In this document: in pieces, positions 17,999-28,170 of the stretch | How the letters are laid out: the number at the start of each line of letters is the position of its first letter | How positions within the stretch are numbered: position 1 is the stretch's first letter | Assembly (NCBI GenBank): GCA_900540235.1 | Contig: UQEY01000004.1 | Coordinates: 24,007 to 88,006 of the forward strand | Origin: an uncultured Eubacteriales bacterium | GTDB lineage: Bacteria > Bacillota > Clostridia > Oscillospirales > Acutalibacteraceae | Direction: 5' to 3' | DNA length: 64,000 nucleotides | Notes under the pieces: generated by a model | Databases searched by the model: none | What the model was told of the DNA's origin: nothing | The model's input: only the letters and a program-made list of their open reading frames with translations | Translations under genes and position numbers: made by a program

Positions 17999-19255
17999 CT
18001 ATTCTATTATATATTTTAGACTCTTTGCACATTCTTTAAGCTTACTTTGCGGTATGCCGGATGGGGAAAGAACGAGTGTTATCTTACCGTTTTCATATTT
18101 TTCAATAAACACAGAAATTCCGTTTTGCTCAAATAAGTCAAGGCTTTTGTTAAATTCGATTTCCATAATAATTTGAAGCGTATTTTCACCGATTGAGATT
18201 GAAGCAGACGGAAATTCTTCTTTTAAAATGAGATAAAATTCCTTTGTTTTGCTTGAATAAAGCCTTCTTATTTTTCTTGTTTGCGAATTTATATGACCGT
18301 CACGGATGTATTGACATAGCGCTATTTGCTCTGTTTTACTTGCCGTTTGAGCAAATTTATGAATGTTTTCTTTGTAAAGTCCGGCAAGTTCCTCGTTAAG
18401 TACCATAAAACTTATTCTTATGCCGGGCAAAAGCATTGCCGAAAACGAACCGAGGTATATTACATTTCCGTGACCTAAAGTAAATAGAGCCGGTGTAGGC
18501 TTAACATTATACATAAAATCGTTTTCATAGTCGTCCTCAATAACAATCGAGTTGTGAGCAAATGAATATTCAACAAGTTCCAGTCTTCTTTTATTTTTCA
18601 TAACATCGCCCCAGCGTGTCATATGCGAAGGTGAAACATAAATAATATCTGCGTCTTTATATCTTGTATGAACATCGTAGCCGTAATCTTCAAAAATTCC
18701 TATACCCTGAGTAAAACTGCTGTTTGGAAAAGATACCGTTTTGCTGTTATCAAAAAGAGAAGCAAGAATTGTAAGCAAAACGCCCACACCGGCTCCTATT
18801 ACTATTCTGTCCGGTGATGCGGTTACATTTCTTTTTTCTCTTATGTATTTTGCAATGGCACATCTTAAATCGTATTCGCCTTGCGGTTGACTGTAGGTTA
18901 AAAGCCTTTCTTTTTGCCTTAGGGCGTTTTTTATGTACCTTTGCCAAAGCGATATATCAAAGCTTTCAGGGTCGGCTGATTCGCCGCACAAATTATAGAT
19001 ATATTTTATACTTTTTTCTTCGTGATTTTTGTCACTATTATTTTTATTGATTATCGAAACAAAGTATCCGCTTTTTTCTTTAGAAATAATATAACCGTCT
19101 GCGCAAAGTTCAAAATAAGCATTTTGTACCGTTGTTGTTGATACATTGTAAATGTGCGAGGCACCCCTGACTGACGGAATTTTATCGCCGTGTGAGAGCT
19201 GACCTGTTTCAATTTGCCTTTTTATATCATTATATAGTTTGCTGTATTTTTTCAT
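17999..19255 (-). CDS. MocR/GabR-family (PdxR-like) transcription regulator
   Basis: GntR wHTH (KIPSVR, VSTTTVQNAY) plus an aminotransferase-like domain (IEDDYE, GSFSAMLLPGIR); divergent from pdxK. Confidence 0.9.
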   Translation of the reverse strand: MKKYSKLYNDIKRQIETGQLSHGDKIPSVRGASHIYNVSTTTVQNAYFELCADGYIISKEKSGYFVSIINKNNSDKNHEEKSIKYIYNLCGESADPESFDISLWQRYIKNALRQKERLLTYSQPQGEYDLRCAIAKYIREKRNVTASPDRIVIGAGVGVLLTILASLFDNSKTVSFPNSSFTQGIGIFEDYGYDVHTRYKDADIIYVSPSHMTRWGDVMKNKRRLELVEYSFAHNSIVIEDDYENDFMYNVKPTPALFTLGHGNVIYLGSFSAMLLPGIRISFMVLNEELAGLYKENIHKFAQTASKTEQIALCQYIRDGHINSQTRKIRRLYSSKTKEFYLILKEEFPSASISIGENTLQIIMEIEFNKSLDLFEQNGISVFIEKYENGKITLVLSPSGIPQSKLKECAKSLKYIIE

Positions 19256-19257
19256 AT

Positions 19258-19303
19258 CTGTATACCCAAAATCTGTTGAAACTGTATCTTTAATTAACTA
19301 CAG
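19258..19303. promoter_or_regulatory. Candidate MocR operator (direct plus inverted CTGTA repeats)
   Basis: CTGTA at 19258 and 19282, CTGTT at 19273, inverted TACAG at 19299. TATAAT at 19312-19317 has a poor -35. Confidence 0.5.
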
Positions 19304-19352
19304 TTTTATTATATAATATTACATTGTGATAATCAAGATGTTAGGTGATAAT

Positions 19353-20183
19353 ATGAAAAAATGTGCTGTTATTAACGATTTATCAGGTTTCGGTAAATGT
19401 TCGCTTACTGCTTCGATTCCGCTTATGTCGGCAATGGGTGTAGAAGTTCATCCGCTTTTAACTGCAGTTCTTTCAAATCAAACTGCTTATGAAAGCTTTA
19501 AATCTTTATCGCTTACCGACACAATGCTTCCGTTTATTGATGAGTGGAAAAAGCTCGGTGCTTCCTTTGACGGCATATTAACAGGCTTTGTTACAGATAA
19601 AATGCAACTTGAAATAATCAGCAAATTTATAGATGAATTTAAGGGTGAAAATACACTTGTTGTTGCCGACCCGGTTATGGCAGATAACGGTGCACTTTAC
19701 GGCGGATATGATATGTCAATGTGCGATGTAATAAGAAAGTTTTGCTTTAAAGCCGATGTTATTACACCTAACACTACTGAACTTGCTATTCTTGCTAATA
19801 AAGATGACTGCAGAGTGTTTGATGATGAGTTTATTAATGATTATGGAAATATTAAGGAAAGCTGTTTAAAACTTTTTGATAAAGGAATTAAAAGAATAGT
19901 TGTTACGGGCTATAAAGAAAATGACTTTATTTCAAATATAATTTTTGATAACGGAAAGTTTGATAAAGCTACCTTTAAAAAAGTCGGCGGATATTACAGC
20001 GGTACCGGTGATGTGTTTGCATCCGTTTTGACCGGTTCGCTTCTTAACGGAAAAAGTCTTGTTGAAGCTTGTGAAAAAGCAGGTGAATTTATTACAAATA
20101 CAATTAAAGTGACTGAAGTTACAGACGGCAACGACGGTATCGCTTTTGAAAAAAATCTAAAGGAGTTGATTTCTTATGAATAA
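19353..20183 (+). CDS. pdxK: Pyridoxal/pyridoxamine kinase
   Basis: NDLSGFGKCS, DPVMADNG, TPNTTE and SGTGD motifs. Confidence 0.9.
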   Translation: MKKCAVINDLSGFGKCSLTASIPLMSAMGVEVHPLLTAVLSNQTAYESFKSLSLTDTMLPFIDEWKKLGASFDGILTGFVTDKMQLEIISKFIDEFKGENTLVVADPVMADNGALYGGYDMSMCDVIRKFCFKADVITPNTTELAILANKDDCRVFDDEFINDYGNIKESCLKLFDKGIKRIVVTGYKENDFISNIIFDNGKFDKATFKKVGGYYSGTGDVFASVLTGSLLNGKSLVEACEKAGEFITNTIKVTEVTDGNDGIAFEKNLKELISYE

Positions 20184-20694
20184 AAAAGTTTTAAAAATGG
20201 TCTATGCGGCAGTATTTGCGGCAATGGTTTTTGTGCTTACAAGATTTATTCAAATTCCTGTACCGGGCGGTATGGGCTATCTACATTTCGGCGATGCTAT
20301 GATTTATCTGGTTGCGTCAACTCTCGGCGGTCCTTGGGCACTTTTGGCTTCGGCTATAGGTGCTGCAATAGCTGATTTGTCGTCGGTTTATGCCGTTTAT
20401 GCACCTGTAAGCGCTATAGTTAAAGTTCTTATTGCACTTCCATTTGTTCTTGTAAATAAAAAGAGTGAAAAAATATTGACACCGCTTACTATTTGTCTTA
20501 CAATACCAAGTGGCATAATTACGGTACTTGGCTATTTTGTCGGTGATTGCATCATTAACAAAGCTTATGCTGTTGCCGATATACCTATGAATGTCGTTCA
20601 GGCGGTAGGCAGCGCAATTATATTTATTATTATCGGTGCCGCTTTTGATGCCGCAAAACTTAAAAAGAAATTATTTATTAATAGTATGAAGTAA
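20176..20694 (+). CDS. ECF transporter S component, likely for a B6 vitamer (recalled as TIGR04002-like)
   Basis: IQIPVPGGMGYLHFGD and GAAIADL motifs; overlaps the pdxK stop. Confidence 0.8.
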   Translation: MNKKVLKMVYAAVFAAMVFVLTRFIQIPVPGGMGYLHFGDAMIYLVASTLGGPWALLASAIGAAIADLSSVYAVYAPVSAIVKVLIALPFVLVNKKSEKILTPLTICLTIPSGIITVLGYFVGDCIINKAYAVADIPMNVVQAVGSAIIFIIIGAAFDAAKLKKKLFINSMK

Positions 20695-20706
20695 GAAAGT
20701 GATATT

Positions 20707-21318
20707 ATGGCAGATATAGTATATACATTAGATGGTTGCGTTTATCTTAATATAACAAATAAATGCCCTTGTAACTGCGCTTTTTGTATTCGTTCCAAGA
20801 GTGACGCTTACGGCGACGCTAAAGAACTTTGGTTTGATAAAGAGCCTACTTTTGAAGAAATTAAAAAGGCTATTGACGATTATGATTTTCACGGTGTTGA
20901 TAAAGCTGTTTTCTGCGGCTACGGTGAACCTACAAATGCTTATGACAATCTTATTAAATCGGCAAAGTATTTAAAAAAGATTAATCCTAATATTAATCTC
21001 AGACTTAATACGAACGGTCTTTCCGACTTGATTAACGGCAAGCCTACTGCCAAGGAATTATCATCTGTTTTTGATTATATTTCTGTTTCTCTTAACGAGC
21101 CTGACAGCGAGAAGTATGATAAAATTACCCGTAACTGTTTTAAAGGCAAGGCTTTTGAAGCAATGCTTAAATTTACTAAGGAATGTGTTGCCGATTGCCC
21201 GAAAGTAAGAATGACTGTAGTTGATGTTATTTCACAAGAAGACATTGAAAAGTCAAGAAAAGTTTGTGAGTCAACGGGCGCTGAGTTTAAAGTTCGTTCG
21301 TTTGCAAAGGGCAGATAA
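20707..21318 (+). CDS. Small radical SAM protein (TatD-associated / TIGR04100-like)
   Basis: YLNITNKCPCNCAFC (CxxxCxxC), FCGYGEP, RLNTNG and SVSLN. Confidence 0.85.
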   Translation: MADIVYTLDGCVYLNITNKCPCNCAFCIRSKSDAYGDAKELWFDKEPTFEEIKKAIDDYDFHGVDKAVFCGYGEPTNAYDNLIKSAKYLKKINPNINLRLNTNGLSDLINGKPTAKELSSVFDYISVSLNEPDSEKYDKITRNCFKGKAFEAMLKFTKECVADCPKVRMTVVDVISQEDIEKSRKVCESTGAEFKVRSFAKGR

Positions 21319-21341
21319 ATAAAATCAACAATTAATTAATG

Positions 21342-21369
21342 ATACCGAGGCTTTTCCTCGGTATTTTTT
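21342..21369 (+). terminator. Intrinsic terminator closing the pdxK operon
   Basis: ATACCGAGG-ctttt-CCTCGGTAT followed by a T tract. Confidence 0.8.
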
Positions 21370-21437
21370 GTTGTAATGATTAAATTTTTGTGATACAATA
21401 AATTTGGATAATTATTGCTTTTTAAGGGGGATTTTAT

Positions 21438-22775
21438 ATGAGCAGTAATAATAAAACCGGTGCACTCGGGGCTAAAGTTTGGTCGACTGTTATTATGTTT
21501 GGCTTAATCGGTCAAATTGCATGGGTGGTTGAGAATATGTATTTTTCCCGCTTTATGCAAAATGAAATTACGAGAGCACCATATGCAACAACTCTTATGG
21601 TTGCTTTTTCGGCGGTATTCGCTACTTTGTCAACGCTTATCGGCGGTGCGCTGTGCGACAGAGCCGGCAAACGAAAGCTTTTTATATGTTGGGGTTATGT
21701 TGTTTGGGGCTTTACAATTATGATGTTTGCGCTTGTTCCGATGAAGCCGGGCGAAGATAAAGTTCTTCCTATGGTTATTCTTGTTGTGGTAATGGACTGT
21801 GTTATGTCAATAATCGGTTCAATCAGTAACGATGCCTCGTTTAATACTTGGATAACAGATATATCAAATACGGCAAACAGAGCGAGAGTGGATACTGTTT
21901 TGGCTATAATGCCACTTGTTGCTCTTGCGGTTGTTTTCGGCGGTTTTGACTCACTTACAAATGAAAGTGCAACAACAGATGATTGGAAAAAGTTTTTCCT
22001 TATTTTGGGTGTTATCCCAACTGTCGGCGGTCTGCTCGGATTGTTTATTATGAAAGATAAAGAGGGAATAGTGCCTAATAAAAATAACACATTTTGGTCT
22101 GATTTTACATATTCGCTTCAACCGAATGTTATAAAGGAAAATAAAATGCTTTATGTTTGCTTGGCGGGTAATATGGTATCGGCTATTGCTTATCAGGTTT
22201 ATGTAAACTATCTTTTCAATATTGTTGAGGGAACGCTCAAAATTAAGAATTATATCATTCCTGTCGGCATTATAATGGTCGCAGCCGCAGTCGGTTCTGT
22301 TTTAGTATCATCTGCAATGGATAAAAAAGGGAAAAAACATTTTTACTATCCTACAATTATTGCAGGTATAGTAGGCTGCATTGTTATTTGGTTTGCAAAA
22401 TTCTTTGTTGATAAAAACGAAACGGCAGAACTTATAATTTTGATTATCGGTGGTATACTTGTAATAGGTGTAAGTCTTGTAATGGCAGGTTTGTTTACGG
22501 CTTCTTATCGTGACTATATACCAAAAGGCAAAGAGGGACTTTTCCAAGGCTGCAGAATGGTAATGTATGTGCTCGTTCCGATGATTATAGGTCCGGTAGT
22601 CGCTCAAGTTATTATTAATGTTGCTAACAAAGGCGTAAAAGATTCAAACAATATAGTATATCCAATGGAACTATTCCTCGGTGCGGCAGTAATTATGTTT
22701 TTTGCTTTCATTCCTGCCAAAAAAGTTCGTGATAATCAACCAAAAATGCACGATGAACTTATGAAAAAGTTATAA
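21438..22775 (+). CDS. MFS transporter
   Basis: GQIAWVVENMYF and GALCDRAGKRK (MFS motif A); about 12 TM segments. Confidence 0.85.
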   Translation: MSSNNKTGALGAKVWSTVIMFGLIGQIAWVVENMYFSRFMQNEITRAPYATTLMVAFSAVFATLSTLIGGALCDRAGKRKLFICWGYVVWGFTIMMFALVPMKPGEDKVLPMVILVVVMDCVMSIIGSISNDASFNTWITDISNTANRARVDTVLAIMPLVALAVVFGGFDSLTNESATTDDWKKFFLILGVIPTVGGLLGLFIMKDKEGIVPNKNNTFWSDFTYSLQPNVIKENKMLYVCLAGNMVSAIAYQVYVNYLFNIVEGTLKIKNYIIPVGIIMVAAAVGSVLVSSAMDKKGKKHFYYPTIIAGIVGCIVIWFAKFFVDKNETAELIILIIGGILVIGVSLVMAGLFTASYRDYIPKGKEGLFQGCRMVMYVLVPMIIGPVVAQVIINVANKGVKDSNNIVYPMELFLGAAVIMFFAFIPAKKVRDNQPKMHDELMKKL

Positions 22776-22859
22776 AAGTTTGTTTTGCTAACAAACGAAT
22801 GTTAACAAAATGTTCATATTTTTTCATTCTTAATTCAAGTATGCTTTGTATTATTATCA

Positions 22860-23031
22860 CAATGGATAAAAGAAAACATAAGTTAATGATTAGTGGAAAG
22901 CAGTTTTAGGAGTCAGAGTTTCTCCTCATTCAATTCATAAAATACTTTTTTCATTTCTCTGTCTGCTTTTAAAAATACTCCATCCACGATTGTAGCAAGG
23001 CAATGTTCCCACAGCATTGCCTTGTTTTTTT
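22860..23031 (+). ncRNA. Candidate structured small RNA with anti-SD/anti-start-codon tracts
   Basis: TATTAT -10 near 22850, nested stems, TTTCTCCTC and TTTTTTCATTTCTCT tracts, and a strong terminator at 22995-23031. Confidence 0.45.
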
Positions 23032-23041
23032 GTCGTTATAT

Positions 23042-23074
23042 AAAAAGAGAACATAGATTATTCTGTGTTCTCTC
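23042..23074 (-). terminator. Intrinsic terminator of the phosphoesterase gene
   Basis: AGAGAACATAGA/TCTGTGTTCTCT stem with an A tract on + (U tract on -). Confidence 0.7.
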
Positions 23075-23079
23075 AAATT

Positions 23080-23910
23080 TTATTTATTCTTTTTTATATT
23101 TATTACTATTATCTCCGGGTGGTTAAAAAGTCTCAGCGGAAATTCCGAATTACCAAGTCCACGGCTTATTATCAGTTTAGGTCTTTCACCGAATGTACCC
23201 CGTGCATATTTCGGCAATATACCTTGACCGGGTGAGAAAAGCGGACCTACAAACGGCATTATCCATTGTCCGCCGTGTGCGTGACCGGACAGTTGCAAAT
23301 CAAAATCATATTTTGAATAATTAAGTTCTTTAATACCTTTAAAATTTTCCGGAAAATGACTTAATACAAGTTTAAAACCGTCATATTGCGCTAATTTGTC
23401 AAAGTATGAACTCATATCTTTATAAACAAATGTGCCGTTTTTCCTTGCTTTATAGTCGGAAAAATCAGCTTGGTTTTCGTCAAGCCCGAGTATTGTGCAA
23501 AATTCATTTTGCGCATATCCGTTTAAAAGGACATTGAAACCGATATTATTAAGTTCAAGCATAAGTTCGTTGAAATTATCAAGCCGTCTTTCATGATTAC
23601 CGGTTATGTAATAAACAGGTGCAATTTTTACAAGCTCTTTGCCGTATTCAAGCATTTTTTCTTTATTTTTGCACTTGTCGTTAATGTAATCACCTGTAAT
23701 GCAAATAATGTCAGGCTTTTGCTCTTTGGTTTTAGTTAATACTGTTTTAAACGGCTTTGAATGAAAGTCGGAAAGATGCACAATTTTAAAATTACTTTTG
23801 GCATCTTCACTTTTTATTTCGTATTTTGTTAAATCTATTTTGTTGTTTTCGTAATAACAAAATGCTAAAAACAAGACTATTATTGCAAAAATTATAATAT
23901 ATATCATCAT
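23080..23910 (-). CDS. YkuE-like metallophosphoesterase
   Basis: SDFH, TGD, GNHE, SH, SGHAHGGQ and SRGLG motifs; N-terminal anchor. Confidence 0.88.
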   Translation of the reverse strand: MMIYIIIFAIIVLFLAFCYYENNKIDLTKYEIKSEDAKSNFKIVHLSDFHSKPFKTVLTKTKEQKPDIICITGDYINDKCKNKEKMLEYGKELVKIAPVYYITGNHERRLDNFNELMLELNNIGFNVLLNGYAQNEFCTILGLDENQADFSDYKARKNGTFVYKDMSSYFDKLAQYDGFKLVLSHFPENFKGIKELNYSKYDFDLQLSGHAHGGQWIMPFVGPLFSPGQGILPKYARGTFGERPKLIISRGLGNSEFPLRLFNHPEIIVINIKKNK

Positions 23911-24027
23911 ATCACCTGTTAATATAATATATTTTTTTCTCTTTTTAGTCAATGTTTAAAATTTGTTATCAAATTAAAAAGGTTTTTAATGTATAATTTA
24001 GTATATTATATTGGAAGGGTGAGATTT

Positions 24028-25029
24028 TTGGACGATTCAATTCGTATTTTGGCGCAAGAAAACGAAAAAAAGATTCTTTGTGATAAAGCTTGCTTAGCAA
24101 TCAATTCCCGTGGTAGGGTAAGACCTGAACCCGAGTGCAATGTAAGGACTTGTTTTCAGCGTGACCGTGACAGAATTATTCATTGCCAGGCATTTAGGAG
24201 GCTCAAGCATAAAACTCAAGTGTTTTTAGCTCCGAGCGGCGACCATTATCGCACAAGACTTACCCACACTCTTGAAGTCGCACAGATTGCCAGGACAATC
24301 GCACGAGCACTTTGTCTTAATGAAGATTTGACTGAAGCGGTGGCTCTCGGCCACGATTTGGGTCATACTCCTTTCGGCCATGCAGGAGAGCGTGCGCTTA
24401 ATCAGCTTTGTGAAAACGGTTTTAGACATTATGAGCAAAGCGTAAGAGTTGTTGAAAAAATAGAAAAAGGCGGCAAGGGTTTAAATCTTACAGATGAAGT
24501 TAAAAACGGTATCCTTTGCCATACTAAGGGTGAAGAAGCGTATACTCTTGAAGGGCAAATAATTCGTATTGCCGATAAAATTGCTTATATTAACCATGAT
24601 ATTGATGACGCTCAAAGGGCGGGTGTACTTGTAGAGGAAGATATACCTCTCAGTTTAAGAATGCAACTCGGTATGACTAAGAGTGAAAGAATCAACAATA
24701 TGGTTATTGATGTTATTAAAAACAGTGACGAAAAAATCAGAATGAGCGAAGACTGTTATGTCGGTTTTATGGACTTGCATGATTTTATGTTTACCGCTGT
24801 TTATACTAATCCCGTTTGTAAGAGCGAGGAAAAAAAGGCTGTTGATATGCTTATCAATATTTATAACTATTATATTAAACATATTGATGAAATGCCTGAA
24901 GAATATATTATCATTGCAAATGAAGACGGCGATGAAAGAGCTGTTTGCGACTATGTTGCAGGTATGAGTGATACATATGCGCTCAAAGTGTTTAATAAAC
25001 TTTTTGTGCCGATGTTTTGGTACGATTGA
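24028..25029 (+). CDS. dgt: dGTP triphosphohydrolase-like HD protein
   Basis: RRLKHKTQV, RTRLTH and HDLGHTPFGH. TTG start at 24028 is inferred. Confidence 0.92.
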   Translation: MDDSIRILAQENEKKILCDKACLAINSRGRVRPEPECNVRTCFQRDRDRIIHCQAFRRLKHKTQVFLAPSGDHYRTRLTHTLEVAQIARTIARALCLNEDLTEAVALGHDLGHTPFGHAGERALNQLCENGFRHYEQSVRVVEKIEKGGKGLNLTDEVKNGILCHTKGEEAYTLEGQIIRIADKIAYINHDIDDAQRAGVLVEEDIPLSLRMQLGMTKSERINNMVIDVIKNSDEKIRMSEDCYVGFMDLHDFMFTAVYTNPVCKSEEKKAVDMLINIYNYYIKHIDEMPEEYIIIANEDGDERAVCDYVAGMSDTYALKVFNKLFVPMFWYD

Positions 25030-25054
25030 TTTTAAGTAAAGGAGTTGAAATAAT

Positions 25055-26797
25055 ATGGCACTTAATGAAAATTTTTTGCAGGAATTGAAGTTTAAAACCG
25101 ATATTGAAGATATTATTTCAACTTATGTTACGCTTAAAAAGAGAGGTAATACCTCCGTCGGTCTTTGTCCGTTTCATAATGAAAAAACGCCTTCGTTTAC
25201 TGTTTATAATGACACTCAGTCATTTTACTGCTTTGGTTGCGGCGCAGGCGGTGACGCAATAGGCTTTATAAGAAAAATTGAAAATCTTGATTATATTGAT
25301 GCTGTTAAGCTTTTAGCGCAGCGTGCCGGTATGCAAATGCCGCAAGATGGTTTTGATGACAGTATATCAAAAAAGAGAAGACGAATTTTGGAGATTAACA
25401 GGGAATCGGCAAAATTTTTTCATTCTTATATGATGAGCGAACAAGGTAGGGTCGGTTTAGAATATTTTTTAAACCGTGGTTTGACTAAAAAGACTATGAC
25501 CAAATTCGGTTTGGGTTACGCTCCCGACAGTTGGGACTCACTTCTTAAACACTTGAAATCGCTCGGTTACGGTATCGGTGAAATGGTTGACGCAGGTGTT
25601 GTTAAAGTTGGCAGAAACAATAATTATTATGACACATTTAAAAATCGTGTTATTACCCCGATTATTGATGTTAGGGGCAATGTTATTGCATTCGGCGGTC
25701 GAGTTCTTGATGACAGTAAACCTAAGTATGTTAATACTTCCGATACGCTTGTATATAAAAAAACAAATGAACTTTTTGCACTTAATTTAGCTAAGGACAG
25801 CGGCAAGGATACATTAATTCTCTGCGAGGGGTATATGGATGTTATTTCAATGCACCAGGCAGGGTTTACAAATGCTGTTGCGGGTTGCGGTACTGCTTTG
25901 ACGAGCGAGCAAGTAAGGCTTATAAGCAGGTATGCAAACGAAGTTATTTTAGCATACGACGCCGACGAAGCCGGTCAAAAAGCCGTGCATAAAGCGATGA
26001 ATTTATTTAAAACTACAGATGTTAAAATAAAAGTGCCAAAATTTGTCGGCGGTAAAGACCCGGACGAAATAATTAAAAAACTCGGCAGAGATAAGTTTAA
26101 AGGTATGCTTGAGGGTGCGACTAATGATACTGAATTTGCACTTCTTGAAATTAAAGATAAATATGATATTTCAACTACTCAGGGCAAAATCGATTTTGTC
26201 GGTGACGCTTTAAAAGTTATTGCATCTTTGCAACCTGTTGAGCAAGACCTATATTTAAGCAGAATTTCCAATGAACTTTCCATTGAAAAATCAAGCTTAA
26301 AGCTTCAGCTTTCAACAATCGTTAAACTCAGGAAAAACAGAGAAAAAAAATCGCAGTATAAAACCATTATTAACGATTATACAAGAAACGAAGCAAGAAA
26401 AACTTATGATACGGGCATTTCAACAAGGCAGTCTAAAGCTGAAAGTCGGCTTTTAACTTTGCTTATATATTATCCCGATTGCTGTAAACTTCTTAATAAT
26501 TTTGACAGCAGCAGGCTTTCAGACGGTTTTGTAAAAAATGCATATGCTACTTTGCTTGAAAGAATTAATGACGGTCTTGATTTTGATTTAATGACCCTCG
26601 GTGAGCAATTCAGTGATACAGATTATGCAAAGTTTTCAAAACTTATGAATACAAATATTGACAGCGCTAACCCGAAAGATGAGTTTAATGACTGTCTTAA
26701 CATTATAAACGAAGAATATGAAAAGAAAAATTCGTCTTCGCCGTCAGGTATGAGTGAAGATGAGTTTAGAAATTTGTTTAGTAAAATAAACAAATGA
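25055..26797 (+). CDS. dnaG: DNA primase
   Basis: CPFHNEKTPSF zinc finger, FGGR, EGYMD and YDADEAG. Confidence 0.97.
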   Translation: MALNENFLQELKFKTDIEDIISTYVTLKKRGNTSVGLCPFHNEKTPSFTVYNDTQSFYCFGCGAGGDAIGFIRKIENLDYIDAVKLLAQRAGMQMPQDGFDDSISKKRRRILEINRESAKFFHSYMMSEQGRVGLEYFLNRGLTKKTMTKFGLGYAPDSWDSLLKHLKSLGYGIGEMVDAGVVKVGRNNNYYDTFKNRVITPIIDVRGNVIAFGGRVLDDSKPKYVNTSDTLVYKKTNELFALNLAKDSGKDTLILCEGYMDVISMHQAGFTNAVAGCGTALTSEQVRLISRYANEVILAYDADEAGQKAVHKAMNLFKTTDVKIKVPKFVGGKDPDEIIKKLGRDKFKGMLEGATNDTEFALLEIKDKYDISTTQGKIDFVGDALKVIASLQPVEQDLYLSRISNELSIEKSSLKLQLSTIVKLRKNREKKSQYKTIINDYTRNEARKTYDTGISTRQSKAESRLLTLLIYYPDCCKLLNNFDSSRLSDGFVKNAYATLLERINDGLDFDLMTLGEQFSDTDYAKFSKLMNTNIDSANPKDEFNDCLNIINEEYEKKNSSSPSGMSEDEFRNLFSKINK

Positions 26798-26830
26798 TAT
26801 AGGAAACTATAAAGTGGAGGATATTTATTT

Positions 26831-27964
26831 ATGAAAGAAATCAATCTTACACCGGCTCCGGCTACGAGCGAGGATAAGAAAAACGCAGCGTTCAAAAGGC
26901 TTATTGAAAAAGGTAAGCAAACGGGTCACCTTTCAACCCAGGATATTGATACTATCATTGTTGAACTTGACCTTGATGTTGATGAACTTGAAAAACTCAA
27001 TGAGCAAATTGATGCTGCAAATATCAATATTATTGACGATTTTTCGGCAGAAGCTCTTGACGGTATCAACCTCGAAGTAGACTTACCTAAAGAAACAGAT
27101 GCCGCTGAAACAGTTGCAGTTAACGACAGTGCTGCAATGGATGACCCGGTTAAGGTTTATCTTAAAGAAATCGGTCGTGTACCGCTTCTTACTCCTGAAG
27201 AAGAAATTGAACTTGCTATCAGAATTTCCGAAGATGACCAAGAAGCTAAGAAGCGTTTGGCTGAGGCTAATCTTCGTCTTGTAGTCAGCATCGCAAAAAG
27301 ATATGTCGGCAGAGGTATGCAATTTCTTGACCTTATTCAAGAGGGTAATCTTGGTCTTATTAAAGCTGTTGATAAGTTTGATTACACAAAAGGTTTTAAA
27401 TTTTCAACTTATGCAACTTGGTGGATAAGACAGGCTATCACTCGTGCTATTGCCGACCAAGCAAGGACTATAAGAATTCCGGTTCATATGGTTGAAACTA
27501 TTAATAAAGTTAAAAAAGCAAACAGCCAGCTTCTTCATACCAACGGCAGAGAGCCGACACCTGATGAAATAGCTGAATTTCTCGGTATGCCGGTTGATAA
27601 GGTAAGGGAAATTTTAAGAGTTGCACAAGAGCCGGTTTCACTTGAAACACCTATCGGTGAGGAGGAAGATTCACACCTTGGTGACTTTATTCCTGATGAT
27701 GATGCGCTTGCACCTGCCGATGCCGCTTCAATGAGTCTTTTAAAGGAACAGCTTGCAGATGTTCTTAAAACTCTTACACCTCGAGAGGAAAAGGTTTTAT
27801 CTCTTAGATTCGGTCTTGATGACGGTAACCCTAAAACTCTTGAAGAAGTAGGCAAGGAATTTAATGTAACAAGGGAAAGAATCAGGCAGATTGAAGCAAA
27901 AGCACTCAGAAAGCTTCGTCACCCGAGCAGAAGTAAAAAATTAAAGGACTTTTTGGACCAATGA
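26831..27964 (+). CDS. rpoD: Primary sigma factor RpoD/SigA
   Basis: [28 protein letters not shown] and TRERIRQIE. Confidence 0.98.
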   Translation: MKEINLTPAPATSEDKKNAAFKRLIEKGKQTGHLSTQDIDTIIVELDLDVDELEKLNEQIDAANINIIDDFSAEALDGINLEVDLPKETDAAETVAVNDSAAMDDPVKVYLKEIGRVPLLTPEEEIELAIRISEDDQEAKKRLAEANLRLVVSIAKRYVGRGMQFLDLIQEGNLGLIKAVDKFDYTKGFKFSTYATWWIRQAITRAIADQARTIRIPVHMVETINKVKKANSQLLHTNGREPTPDEIAEFLGMPVDKVREILRVAQEPVSLETPIGEEEDSHLGDFIPDDDALAPADAASMSLLKEQLADVLKTLTPREEKVLSLRFGLDDGNPKTLEEVGKEFNVTRERIRQIEAKALRKLRHPSRSKKLKDFLDQ

Positions 27965-28170
27965 TAAGTGAAGAAAAAATTGACAGAATTAATGCCTTGG
28001 CTCACAAACAGCAATCTGTGGGTTTAACTCAAGAGGAAAAGGATGAGCAAGCTAAACTCAGACAGGAGTATATTACCGCTGTCAGGGAAAGCCTTGTCGG
28101 CAATCTTGAGCATACGTATATTGTTGATGAAAAAGGTAATAAGAAAAAGGTAAAGAAGAAAAATGGGTAA
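27961..28170 (+). CDS. DUF896 / YnzC-like protein
   Basis: IDRINALA...[18 protein letters not shown]. Confidence 0.85.
   Translation: MISEEKIDRINALAHKQQSVGLTQEEKDEQAKLRQEYITAVRESLVGNLEHTYIVDEKGNKKKVKKKNG

Noticed and set aside
24028..25029. dGTPase as an anti-phage defence gene
   Set aside because: It sits in the usual housekeeping dgt-dnaG-rpoD arrangement.
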